A DNA stretch of 13,093 bases from Candidatus Woesearchaeota archaeon. GTDB lineage: Archaea; Nanobdellota; Nanobdellia; Nanobdellales; CAZNIQ01. Location: the NCBI GenBank assembly GCA_964573185.1, contig CAZNIQ010000020.1:1-13093 (forward strand), read 5' to 3'. The notes below the pieces were generated by a model. It was not told where the DNA came from. It worked only from the letters and a program-made list of their open reading frames with translations, and made no database searches. Each line of letters begins with the position of its first letter. The first letter of the stretch is position 1. Below are positions 1-7,479 of the stretch, one piece after another. Both the position numbers and the translations under genes were made by a program.

Positions 1-42
1 TAGGTATTAAAAATCCTTCGAAAGTTTTACCGTCTTTGAGAA

Positions 43-315
43 TTACTTTAACTTTTCTACCATATTCCATCCATAATTCTTCAAACTTTCATTTAAATGC
101 TTTTCATAATAAGGAACTTTTCCGAGATAACATGTTGTAAAGTTAATAGGTTTGCCCATGAAGCTTAAATCAATAGCTTCTATTGCACAATCAGACATTG
201 CAAGAACTCTAGCATTAATCTTTTGTAAATCAGTTAAAATATTCGAGATGGTTAAACCAAACAATAACATAACCATCAGGATTCCATTTAACTCGAGTAG
301 TAATGCTTTATCCAT
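43..315 (-). CDS. hypothetical small protein (90 aa), no family recognised
   Basis: ATG-initiated ORF. A TATA-like element (minus-strand TTTTTTATAAA, plus coordinates 335-345) is centred ~25 bp upstream of the ATG, the same geometry as the recognisable genes here. The N-terminal part is hydrophobic. It competes with + strand ORF 152-361, which lacks comparable promoter context. Confidence 0.4.
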   Translation of the reverse strand: MDKALLLELNGILMVMLLFGLTISNILTDLQKINARVLAMSDCAIEAIDLSFMGKPINFTTCYLGKVPYYEKHLNESLKNYGWNMVEKLK

Positions 316-493
316 ACATAGTAGTAAATATAAATTTATAAAAAACTTACGACTTACATGAATTCACGAATAAGCGAGATACATTAAAAAAGGAAAAAAC
401 ATATAATAAACTAGAAGGGATTCGTAAAAATTAACAGGTTTAGGCTATGAATAAAAGAGAAATTTTGTATTTTAATGTATAAAATATTTATAT

Positions 494-1588
494 ATGGGTT
501 CAGACATTGTACTATTAAGAATCATGCTCATGCCCCAAGAACTACTCACTGGTGTCCCAAGAATAAAGGTAGTAGGAGTAGGATGTGCAGGTACTAACAT
601 GGTAGATTGGTTAGCAAGATTAAAGATTCAAGGAGCAGAATTAATAGCTGTAGATACCGATAAGGCACATCTTGATATTGTAGAAGCTGATAGAAAAATA
701 CTTATTGGAAAAGAATTAACAAGGGGTTTAGGTGCTGGAGGGGACCCTTCAAAAGGAGAGGAAGCTGCCAAGGCGTCCTTACAAGAGCTAAAAGAAGCTG
801 TTGAAGGTGCAGATATGGTATGGATTCTTGCAGGTTTGGGTGGTGGTACTGGTTCTGGTGGTGCTCCTGTAATAGCTAAATTAGCAAAAGAAGCTGGTGT
901 AGATTTAGTAATAGCTACAGTAACTATGCCTTTCAGAATGGAAGGTACTGTAAGGTTAGAAAAAGCAGAATATGCTTTACAGAATTTACAACAGTTTGCA
1001 GACAATATAATTGTAATTGATAATAATAAGCTACTGGAAATTGCAGGAAATCTTCCACTAAGAGATGCTTTCGCATACGCTAATAACATGATTGGTCAAA
1101 TGATCAAAGGAATTGTAGAAGCAATTGCTGTTCCATCTTTAGTTAATCTTGACTTTGCTGACGTTAGAACAGTAATGACAAGAGGTGGTGGCTTATCTGT
1201 TGTAGGAATAGGTGAATCTTCTTCAGAAAATAGAGCTGCCGAAGCAGTAAGAAGGGCCTTAGAGAATCCTCTATTAGAAGTTAATTACGAAGGTGCTGCA
1301 GGTGCAATAGTGCATGTTCAAGGAGGTCCAGATATGACATTAAACGAAGTAGCACAAATTGGTGATTACGTATATCAGTTTATGGGTCCGGATTCGTTGG
1401 TAATATGGGGTGCTAGGATTGACGATTCAATGGAAGGAAGAATAAGAGTAACAGTTATTGTTTCAGGAGTAAAAAGCCCATATATTTTAGGAAGGAAATT
1501 AAGATTGGGAAGAGGACAAAGAAATAAAGAAAAAGTAGCTGTAGTAAAAGATAGAGACCTCGGAATAGATTTTCTACAACCTTGGTAA
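494..1588 (+). CDS. ftsZ: cell division GTPase FtsZ
   Basis: Tubulin/FtsZ signature GGGTGSG (AGLGGGTGSGGAPVIAKLAKE). N-terminal glycine-rich nucleotide-binding motif (KVVGVGCAGTNMV). NLDFADV segment. Short conserved extreme C-terminal tail (DLGIDFL). The start is uncertain: a consensus TATA (TTTATATA, 487-494) abuts the ATG at 494, so in-frame ATG 524 or 530 may be the real start. Confidence 0.95.
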   Translation: MGSDIVLLRIMLMPQELLTGVPRIKVVGVGCAGTNMVDWLARLKIQGAELIAVDTDKAHLDIVEADRKILIGKELTRGLGAGGDPSKGEEAAKASLQELKEAVEGADMVWILAGLGGGTGSGGAPVIAKLAKEAGVDLVIATVTMPFRMEGTVRLEKAEYALQNLQQFADNIIVIDNNKLLEIAGNLPLRDAFAYANNMIGQMIKGIVEAIAVPSLVNLDFADVRTVMTRGGGLSVVGIGESSSENRAAEAVRRALENPLLEVNYEGAAGAIVHVQGGPDMTLNEVAQIGDYVYQFMGPDSLVIWGARIDDSMEGRIRVTVIVSGVKSPYILGRKLRLGRGQRNKEKVAVVKDRDLGIDFLQPW

Positions 1589-1620
1589 ATTTTTTATTCT
1601 AAAACTTTCTTTTAAATTTC

Positions 1621-3321
1621 GTGAAGTATAAAGAATTAGCAGAGTTATATAGAAGGTTAGAAGCTTTTACGGAAAAAACTGAAAAGACAGCTATACTTGC
1701 CAGATTTATAAAACAGATTCCAGATGATCTTCTAGTTAAAGTTCTTCTTTTAATTCAAGGTACTGTTTTTCCTCCTTGGGAAGAAAAGAAATTAGGAGTT
1801 GGAGAAAAATTAGTAATAAGAGCTATTGCCTTAGCTACTGGAATTCCTAGAAATAAAATAGAGGAGATGTTTACAAAATTAGGTGATTTAGGACTAGTTG
1901 CTGAAAAAGCAGTAGCAATGAAAAAACAAGTAACTTTATTTAAGAAAGAGTTAACGGTTGAAGAAGTATTTAATACTTTGAGGAAGATTGCAGAATTAGA
2001 GGGTGAAGGTGCTATGGAAAAGAAGGTTAAATATTTAGCAGAATTACTTATTCATGCATCTCCTTTAGAAGCAAAATATATTGTTCGTACAGTTCTTGAA
2101 GAATTAAGAATAGGGGTTGGAGAAGGTATTATACGTGATGCTATTGCTTTAGCATATAATGCTCCTCCAGAACTCGTAGAATATGCTTACTCTATTTTAA
2201 ATGATTTCGGTGAAGTTGTTTTAATCTTAAGAAAAGAAGGAGTTGAAGGTTTAAAGAAAGTTAAGATAAAAATCGGTAGACCGATAAGGGTGATGCTCGC
2301 TGTAAAAGCTAACAATGTTAGGGAAGCTTTTGATATTGTTGGAAGACCGGCATTTATAGAATACAAATATGATGGTTTTAGAGTTCAGATACATAAATCA
2401 AAAGATGGTAAAATTTGGCTTTGGACTAGAAGATTGGAAAACGTAACGAGACAATTCCCAGATGTAGTACAGTATGTAAAGGAATGTATAAAAGCTGATG
2501 AATTTGTTGTAGAAGGTGAAGTAGTGGGATTTGATAAAAAAACGGGTAAATTCTTACCTTTCCAAAGAATATCACAAAGAATTAAGAGAAAGTACGATAT
2601 AGAGAAAATGATGAAAGAAATACCCGTGGAAGTCCACTTATTTGATATTGTATATCTCAACGGTGAAATGTTAATGAATAAACCTTTTATGGAGAGAAGA
2701 AAAATCTTGGAATCAATTGTTGAACAAAAAGAAGGAAAAATACTTTTATCCATAGGTATTTTAACCGATAAAGATGATGAAGCTCAAAGATTTTATCAAG
2801 AAGCAATATCTAAAGGTTTGGAAGGTGTTATGTTTAAGAATATAAAAGCTCCATATCAACCCGGAAGAAGGGTAGGTTATATGGTTAAGCTTAAACCTGT
2901 AATGGAAACATTAGATTTAGTTATTGTAGGTGCAGAATGGGGTGAGGGTAAAAGAGCTGGTTGGTTAACATCTTTTGTTTTAGCTTGTAGAGATCCTAAT
3001 ACTGGAAGGTTCCTTACCGTAGGAGAGGTAGGTACTGGAATTAAAGAAAAGAAGGAGCATCCAGATGACATAACGTTTGAAGAACTTACAGAGTTACTAA
3101 AACCTTATATCTATAAACAAGAAGGTAAAAGGGTTTGGATAAAACCTAAAATAGTTGTAGAAGTTGCTTATGAGGAGATACAAAAGAGCCCAAGATACGA
3201 ATCTGGTTTTGCTTTAAGATTTCCAAGGATAGTTAGAATCAGATATGATAGATCTCCGGAAGATGCGGATACGATAGATAGAATAAGAGAGCTATATGAA
3301 AAACAGCGCGGTGGTAGGTAA
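1621..3321 (+). CDS. lig: ATP-dependent DNA ligase
   Basis: Adenylation motif KYDG (EYKYDGFRVQIHK). Collinear end to end with archaeal ligases as I remember them: N-terminus MKYxELAxLYxxLE, then EGVMFK, KLKP, EWGEGKRAGWL, and C-terminal SPRYESGFALRFPR. GTG start at 1621 gives the conserved MKY N-terminus. Confidence 0.95.
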   Translation: MKYKELAELYRRLEAFTEKTEKTAILARFIKQIPDDLLVKVLLLIQGTVFPPWEEKKLGVGEKLVIRAIALATGIPRNKIEEMFTKLGDLGLVAEKAVAMKKQVTLFKKELTVEEVFNTLRKIAELEGEGAMEKKVKYLAELLIHASPLEAKYIVRTVLEELRIGVGEGIIRDAIALAYNAPPELVEYAYSILNDFGEVVLILRKEGVEGLKKVKIKIGRPIRVMLAVKANNVREAFDIVGRPAFIEYKYDGFRVQIHKSKDGKIWLWTRRLENVTRQFPDVVQYVKECIKADEFVVEGEVVGFDKKTGKFLPFQRISQRIKRKYDIEKMMKEIPVEVHLFDIVYLNGEMLMNKPFMERRKILESIVEQKEGKILLSIGILTDKDDEAQRFYQEAISKGLEGVMFKNIKAPYQPGRRVGYMVKLKPVMETLDLVIVGAEWGEGKRAGWLTSFVLACRDPNTGRFLTVGEVGTGIKEKKEHPDDITFEELTELLKPYIYKQEGKRVWIKPKIVVEVAYEEIQKSPRYESGFALRFPRIVRIRYDRSPEDADTIDRIRELYEKQRGGR

Positions 3322-3353
3322 AAGTTTTTATTTTAGCTAGATAACAATATAGA

Positions 3354-4184
3354 ATGGTAGTCAGCGAGGAGTTAGTAAACAAAATTAGGCAAATTTTTGG
3401 CTTAAACCTTTATGAAGCAAGAATATGGTTGGCTTTATTAGCAAAAGGTGTTGCAACAGCAGGAGAGTTGTCTGATTTAGCAAATGTGCCAAGATCAAGA
3501 ACTTATGACGTTCTAGAGTCATTAGAGAAGAAAGGGTTCGTTATCATGAAAGTAGGAAAGCCAATAAAATATATAGCAGTTCCGCCATCTCAAGTGATTG
3601 AAAAAATAAAGAAACAAATTTTAGAAGAAGCTAAAAAGAAAGCTGAATTCTTTGAACAATTAAAGGAATCAGAACTAATAAAAGAATTGGAAGATTTGTA
3701 TAGAAGAGGCGTACAAATGATACAGCCTCATGAACTTACTTCTGCTTTGAAGGGCAGACACAACTTGTATTCCCATCTCGAAACGATGTTAAGATCTGCT
3801 GAAGAATCTGTATATATTATGACAACTGAAACGGGATTTATAAGAAAAGTCGATGCTTTTAAACCAATATTTGAAGAATTAAAAAACAGAGGTGTAAGGA
3901 TAAGAATAATTACACCAGTAAAGCCTGAAAATGCTAGATACGTAAAAGACTTATTAAATGTGGCAGAAATTAGAGATTCAGAAGACTTGAGAGGAAGGGT
4001 AATCGTTGTTGACGGAAAGGAAGTATTACTAATATTAACGGATGATAAAAAAGTGCATCCAACCTTTGACTTAGGTATCTGGGTAAATTCGGAATTTCTA
4101 GCAGGTGCGATACAGTCTTTAATGGATAAAGTTTGGGATAAGTTAAAACCTGCAGAAGAAAAACTTAAGGAATTAGGTCTTTAA
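3354..4184 (+). CDS. TrmB-family transcriptional regulator
   Basis: N-terminal winged-helix segment typical of TrmB (LNLYEARIWLALLAKGVATAGELSDLANVPRSRTYDVLESLEKKGFV), followed by a coiled linker and a C-terminal domain of typical length (~276 aa in total). Confidence 0.85.
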   Translation: MVVSEELVNKIRQIFGLNLYEARIWLALLAKGVATAGELSDLANVPRSRTYDVLESLEKKGFVIMKVGKPIKYIAVPPSQVIEKIKKQILEEAKKKAEFFEQLKESELIKELEDLYRRGVQMIQPHELTSALKGRHNLYSHLETMLRSAEESVYIMTTETGFIRKVDAFKPIFEELKNRGVRIRIITPVKPENARYVKDLLNVAEIRDSEDLRGRVIVVDGKEVLLILTDDKKVHPTFDLGIWVNSEFLAGAIQSLMDKVWDKLKPAEEKLKELGL

Positions 4185-4812
4185 TCTTTTTTATCTGTTC
4201 TTTTAGTTTATTTAAATCCTTTAGATACTCTTGTAATTTCTCATACAATGGAAACCAATCCTCAAATCTTTCCTTATTTCCAAATTTCTCCCAATAAACT
4301 AGCTCATCTAATTCTTTCCTTTCAGATTTCGGATTTTCATTTGGATAACCAATACAAACCAAAGCGTGAACATCGTAATCTTCAGGTATTTCTAGCAGTT
4401 CCTTGACTTTCTTTTCATCAAAAGCCCCAATCCACACAGAGCCCAAACCTAACGCATGTGCCATCAAAAGCATATTCTGTATCGCTGCAGCAGTGTTCTG
4501 TATAGCATATAATTTTTCTCCTCTTTCTCCATAAAAGTACCTAACGGTTTTAGTGTCTGATAAAACTACTATAACTACGGGTGCTTCTGCAACCCACGGT
4601 TGATTAAAAGAGTACTCAGCAAGCTTCTTTCTCTTTTCAGGATCTCTTACTACTATAAATCTCCAATTTTGGAGATTTCCAGAAGAAGGAGCCCATCTAG
4701 CAGCTTCTAAAATCAAAAGTATTTTTTCATCTTCAACAGGTTGCTTCTTGAATTTCCTTATACTTCTTCTGTTTCTAATTATATTTAAAATCAGGGTCGG
4801 CTCAGTCATCAT
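4165..4812 (-). CDS. nitroreductase-family (FMN-dependent) oxidoreductase
   Basis: N-terminal RRSIRKF motif, APSSGNLQNWRFIVV segment, and GLGSVWIG near the C-terminal part, all typical of the nitroreductase fold family. Starts ATGATG. Its 3' end overlaps the convergent TrmB gene by 20 nt. Confidence 0.85.
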   Translation of the reverse strand: MMTEPTLILNIIRNRRSIRKFKKQPVEDEKILLILEAARWAPSSGNLQNWRFIVVRDPEKRKKLAEYSFNQPWVAEAPVVIVVLSDTKTVRYFYGERGEKLYAIQNTAAAIQNMLLMAHALGLGSVWIGAFDEKKVKELLEIPEDYDVHALVCIGYPNENPKSERKELDELVYWEKFGNKERFEDWFPLYEKLQEYLKDLNKLKEQIKKIKDLIP

Positions 4813-4838
4813 GATTCAGGATGGAGCAGCCTCATCAC
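4791..4838 (-). ncRNA. candidate C/D-box sRNA (2'-O-methylation guide architecture) overlapping the 5' end of the nitroreductase ORF
   Basis: Minus strand reads GUGAUGA (C, 4838-4832), 12 nt GGCUGCUCCAUC, CUGA (D', 4819-4816), AUC, AUGAUGA (C', 4812-4806), 11 nt CUGAGCCGACC, CUGA (D, 4794-4791), then UUUU. Box sequences and the 12/3/11-nt spacings match the archaeal C/D sRNA layout. This is the only place in the window where I found all four boxes. No expression data and no target identified. Confidence 0.55.
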
Positions 4839-4878
4839 TAATATAAAAGTTTTTTAATCTTAATTAAGCTTTCTTTAA
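4813..4878. promoter_or_regulatory. divergent promoter region (nitroreductase/sRNA leftward, L10e rightward) with three TATA-like elements
   Basis: Minus-strand TTTTATAT (4848-4841) lies ~32 bp upstream of ATG 4812. Plus-strand TTTTTTAAT (4850-4858) lies ~25 bp upstream of ATG 4879. Perfect palindrome CTTAATTAAG (4859-4868) is centred ~25 bp upstream of the C box at 4838. Assignment rests on spacing only. Confidence 0.35.
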
Positions 4879-5427
4879 ATGGCAAGATTGAGACCTTGGA
4901 GATGCTACAGGAGGCTAAGGAGACCATATACAAGGATTTCTAGATCTAAAAAGAAAAATTACATTCCTGGAGCGCCTCCGACAAAATTAAGGTATATGGT
5001 AATGGGGAATCTTCAAAAGGACCAATGGAAATATGCAATCCATTTAGTATGTAAGGATTCTTTGCAAATTAGGGATGCTGCTTTAGAAGCAGTTAGAATT
5101 ATGGTAAATAAATACTTAGAACAATCCATAGGACCGAAGAATTATAAATTACTGATTAGAGCCTATCCACATCATGTTGTCAGAGAAAACCCCTTAGCTT
5201 ATGGTGCGGGTGCTGACAGAATTCAGAAAGGTATGAGATTGGCCTTTGGAAAGCCTAAAGAGAGAGCGGCTCAAGTATATGCTGGTAAAAAACTAATCAC
5301 AGTTTATGTAGATTCATTAGATAAATTAGAAGATATAAAATATGCTTTAAAAGTTGCTGCAAGCAAGTTACCGGGGTCTTATGCTATAGAAGTAGAAGAA
5401 GTTGGAAAGGGAAGAATATATGTATAA
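4879..5427 (+). CDS. rpl10e: 50S ribosomal protein uL16 (L10e)
   Basis: N-terminus MARLRPWRCYRRLRRPYTR, plus the YPHHVVRENPLAYGAGADRIQKGMRLAFGKP region characteristic of archaeal/eukaryotic L10e. Typical length (182 aa). Confidence 0.95.
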   Translation: MARLRPWRCYRRLRRPYTRISRSKKKNYIPGAPPTKLRYMVMGNLQKDQWKYAIHLVCKDSLQIRDAALEAVRIMVNKYLEQSIGPKNYKLLIRAYPHHVVRENPLAYGAGADRIQKGMRLAFGKPKERAAQVYAGKKLITVYVDSLDKLEDIKYALKVAASKLPGSYAIEVEEVGKGRIYV

Positions 5428-5879
5428 TGGATTTCCGTAAATACGTTTTTATAATTAAAGAAAAGGATATAGAGCAAATAACAGGAATTAGAACTCTTCA
5501 AGAAAACTACATACAAAATATTCATTTATTAAATATAGATTATTTGATATCAGATGCTATTCAAAAATTATATCTGGCTGCAAGACATAAAGTTGACGAT
5601 TTTAGAGAAGAGTTATACAAACAGCTTTTAGGTTCTGAACAGTATAAAAATAATGGTTATAATTATGTTTTAACAATTGAGCTTGCTGTAGACGGATCTA
5701 TACAAGCTCCTGCAAGGGTAAGAGACCCTGAGGAATTCATTAAGGATCTTTTAAAGAAAATAGATGATGCTGAAAGAAGGTGCTCTTCACTTGAAATAAT
5801 TATTGATAATTCTGGAGAGGAGACCTCTATAAACGTTAGATGCTTGAGAGAGAGTACAAAGGCAACTTATTATACTTAG
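5427..5879 (+). CDS. hypothetical protein (150 aa), no family recognised; translationally coupled to L10e
   Basis: The ATG overlaps the L10e stop (TAATG, 5425-5429). The ORF fills the whole gap up to the L37e promoter. Composition resembles neighbouring genes. No motif recognised. Confidence 0.55.
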   Translation: MDFRKYVFIIKEKDIEQITGIRTLQENYIQNIHLLNIDYLISDAIQKLYLAARHKVDDFREELYKQLLGSEQYKNNGYNYVLTIELAVDGSIQAPARVRDPEEFIKDLLKKIDDAERRCSSLEIIIDNSGEETSINVRCLRESTKATYYT

Positions 5880-5910
5880 CTTTTTAAACCCAACCTGCTT
5901 AAAATAACAC

Positions 5911-6114
5911 ATGTCCAAAGGTACAGCTGCGAGAGGTAAAAGAAATAAACATAATCATATTATTTGTAGGAGATGTGGTAGGAAAGCTTTTGACCCTGTA
6001 AAAGGAGTTTGTGCTCATTGTGGCTTTGGAAAATCAAAAAGGTGGAGAAAGTTCTCATGGTCGCATAAGTATAAGAGAAGAGGTCATTGTCCTCAACCGA
6101 AGGACGCAAAGTAA
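5911..6114 (+). CDS. rpl37e: 50S ribosomal protein eL37
   Basis: [27 protein letters not shown]...CAHCG: N-terminal GTxxxGKRxK motif and a CxxC...CxxC zinc ribbon typical of L37e. Basic C-terminal tail. TTTTTAAA lies ~26 bp upstream of the ATG. Confidence 0.9.
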   Translation: MSKGTAARGKRNKHNHIICRRCGRKAFDPVKGVCAHCGFGKSKRWRKFSWSHKYKRRGHCPQPKDAK

Positions 6115-6140
6115 TTAAATATTATTTTTAAATCCTGACA

Positions 6141-6842
6141 ATGACTGATCTTGAAAATTGGCAACCTAAAACAAAATTAGGTAAACTGGTTAAAGAAGGT
6201 AAAATAAAAAACATTGATGAAATACTTCTAAGAGGATATAGAATTATGGAACCTGAAATAGTTGATTATCTTTTACCAAACCTTCAAGTAGAATTTATCA
6301 TGATTGGAAAATCTAAAGGAAAGTTTAGAAGAAGGTTGCCTTACAGAATGGTTCAAAAGAAAACAGCAGAAGGAAATAAAACAAAATTTGAAGTTTTAGC
6401 TGTTGTCGGTGATGGAGATGGACATGTAGGTATTGGTTTGGGAAAGCATCCAGAAATAGCAGTTGCAAGAGAAAAGGCTATTAGAAATGCTAAATTAAAT
6501 ATAATTGCTATTGCCAGAGGCTGCGGTTCTTGGGAGTGTGATTGTGGAGAACCACATTCTATACCATATACTGTTTGGGGAAGATCCGGATCTGTAAGAG
6601 TAAAGCTAATGCCAGCTCCAAAAGGAGTAGGTCTTGTAGCATCTGATGAAGTTAAAAAAGTACTAAGATTGGCAGGAATAAAAGACATTTGGATGAGATC
6701 TTTTGGACAAACAACAACAAAGATAAATCATATAAAAGCTGTATTTGATGCTTTAAGGAAATTAACATTAATGAAAACAAACATTGAATATGCAAAAAGA
6801 GCAGGAATACTTATAGGTTCTTCTATTAAATTAGGACAATGA
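6141..6842 (+). CDS. rps5: 30S ribosomal protein uS5
   Basis: Conserved uS5 core (VVGDGDGHVGIGLGKHPEIAVAREKAIRNAKLNII...GSVRVKLMPAPKGVGLVASDEVKKVLRLAGIKDIW). Typical archaeal length. Its stop overlaps the L30 start (ATGA). Confidence 0.95.
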   Translation: MTDLENWQPKTKLGKLVKEGKIKNIDEILLRGYRIMEPEIVDYLLPNLQVEFIMIGKSKGKFRRRLPYRMVQKKTAEGNKTKFEVLAVVGDGDGHVGIGLGKHPEIAVAREKAIRNAKLNIIAIARGCGSWECDCGEPHSIPYTVWGRSGSVRVKLMPAPKGVGLVASDEVKKVLRLAGIKDIWMRSFGQTTTKINHIKAVFDALRKLTLMKTNIEYAKRAGILIGSSIKLGQ

Positions 6843-7318
6843 AAAGGACAAAAAGATTAATTGTAATTAGGATAAGAGGCGTTGTTGAGGCACCTCAAAA
6901 AGTAATAGATACATTATACTTATTAAGGCTAAGAAGAACGAATACCGCAGTAGTAATAGATGACAGACCAGATTTTATGGGTATGATAAAGAAAGTAGAA
7001 CCCTATATTGCTTGGGGAGAAATAAAACCAGAAGTATTTAAAGAATTGTTATTAAAAAGAGGAAGACTCTGGGGTAATAAAAGGGTAACTCCGGAATATA
7101 TTAAAGAAAAGACAGGTATGACTGTTGATGAATTTGTTGAAAAGTTCTTTAAATTTGAAGTAGAGTTAAAAGATATTCCTGGTTTGAAGCCTTTCTTTAG
7201 ATTAAATCCTCCTAGGGGTGGGTATCCTAGAAAAGGTATAAAAAGACCATTCCACGAAGGAGGAGCATGGGGTTATTGGGGAGAAAAAATTAATGATTTG
7301 GTTTTAAGGATGATTTAA
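6839..7318 (+). CDS. rpl30: 50S ribosomal protein uL30
   Basis: LIVIRIRGVVEAPQKVIDTLYLLRLRRTNTAVVIDDRPDFMGMIKKVEPYIAWGE matches the archaeal L30 pattern. It occupies the conserved position directly after uS5, with a 4-nt ATGA overlap. Confidence 0.9.
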   Translation: MKRTKRLIVIRIRGVVEAPQKVIDTLYLLRLRRTNTAVVIDDRPDFMGMIKKVEPYIAWGEIKPEVFKELLLKRGRLWGNKRVTPEYIKEKTGMTVDEFVEKFFKFEVELKDIPGLKPFFRLNPPRGGYPRKGIKRPFHEGGAWGYWGEKINDLVLRMI

Positions 7319-7479
7319 AATTAAAAATTTCTGCTAATTTTTAAGATTAATTCCCCTTATATTTTTGGGAAACTGGTACTCTTATTATTAATTTGTCTAG
7401 TATTGCTCCAAACAACTCCTTACAAGCAATGTTTTAGGGACTAATAATTTTTAATACTTTAACTGGCTTAGATTTCTTA

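Noticed and set aside
152-361. 69-aa plus-strand ORF competing with the minus-strand ORF 43-315
   Set aside because: It would need a promoter inside the other ORF and would run across the TATA-like region at 326-345. The minus-strand ORF has the ~25-bp TATA-to-ATG geometry shared by the real genes here. Neither ORF has a recognisable family, so this choice is only moderately confident.
360-435. Imperfect inverted repeat (GAATTCACGAAT ... ATTCGTAAAAATT) upstream of ftsZ
   Set aside because: There are only 6 contiguous complementary bases with ~45 nt between them in AT-rich DNA, which is within chance expectation.
628-1089. 153-aa minus-strand ORF inside ftsZ
   Set aside because: It is antisense to a strongly conserved gene. 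The product is low-complexity (Ala/Ser/Pro-rich), as expected from reading GGT/GCT-rich FtsZ codons backwards. No promoter context. A shadow ORF.
2608-2796. C-box-like ATGATGA heptamers at 2608-2614 and 2774-2780, plus similar CTGATGA/TTGATGA strings at ~2497, ~6213, ~6647, ~7127 and minus-strand ~4412
   Set aside because: None has a CTGA 11-13 nt downstream or a second C'/D pair. They are ordinary Met-Met, Asp-Asp and similar codon strings within coding sequence.
2385-3071. Two minus-strand ORFs (2385-2753 and 2877-3071) inside the DNA ligase gene
   Set aside because: Both are antisense shadows of a well-supported CDS, with no recognisable motifs.
5427-5879. Possible resemblance of the ORF150 N-terminus (FRKYVFIIKEKD) to the RNase P subunit Pop5 (RYIAFEI-type start)
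   Set aside because: The similarity is limited to a few residues, and the rest of the protein does not follow the Pop5 pattern as I remember it. This is not enough to make a call.
6353-6688. 111-aa minus-strand ORF inside uS5
   Set aside because: Antisense shadow of a conserved ribosomal protein gene.
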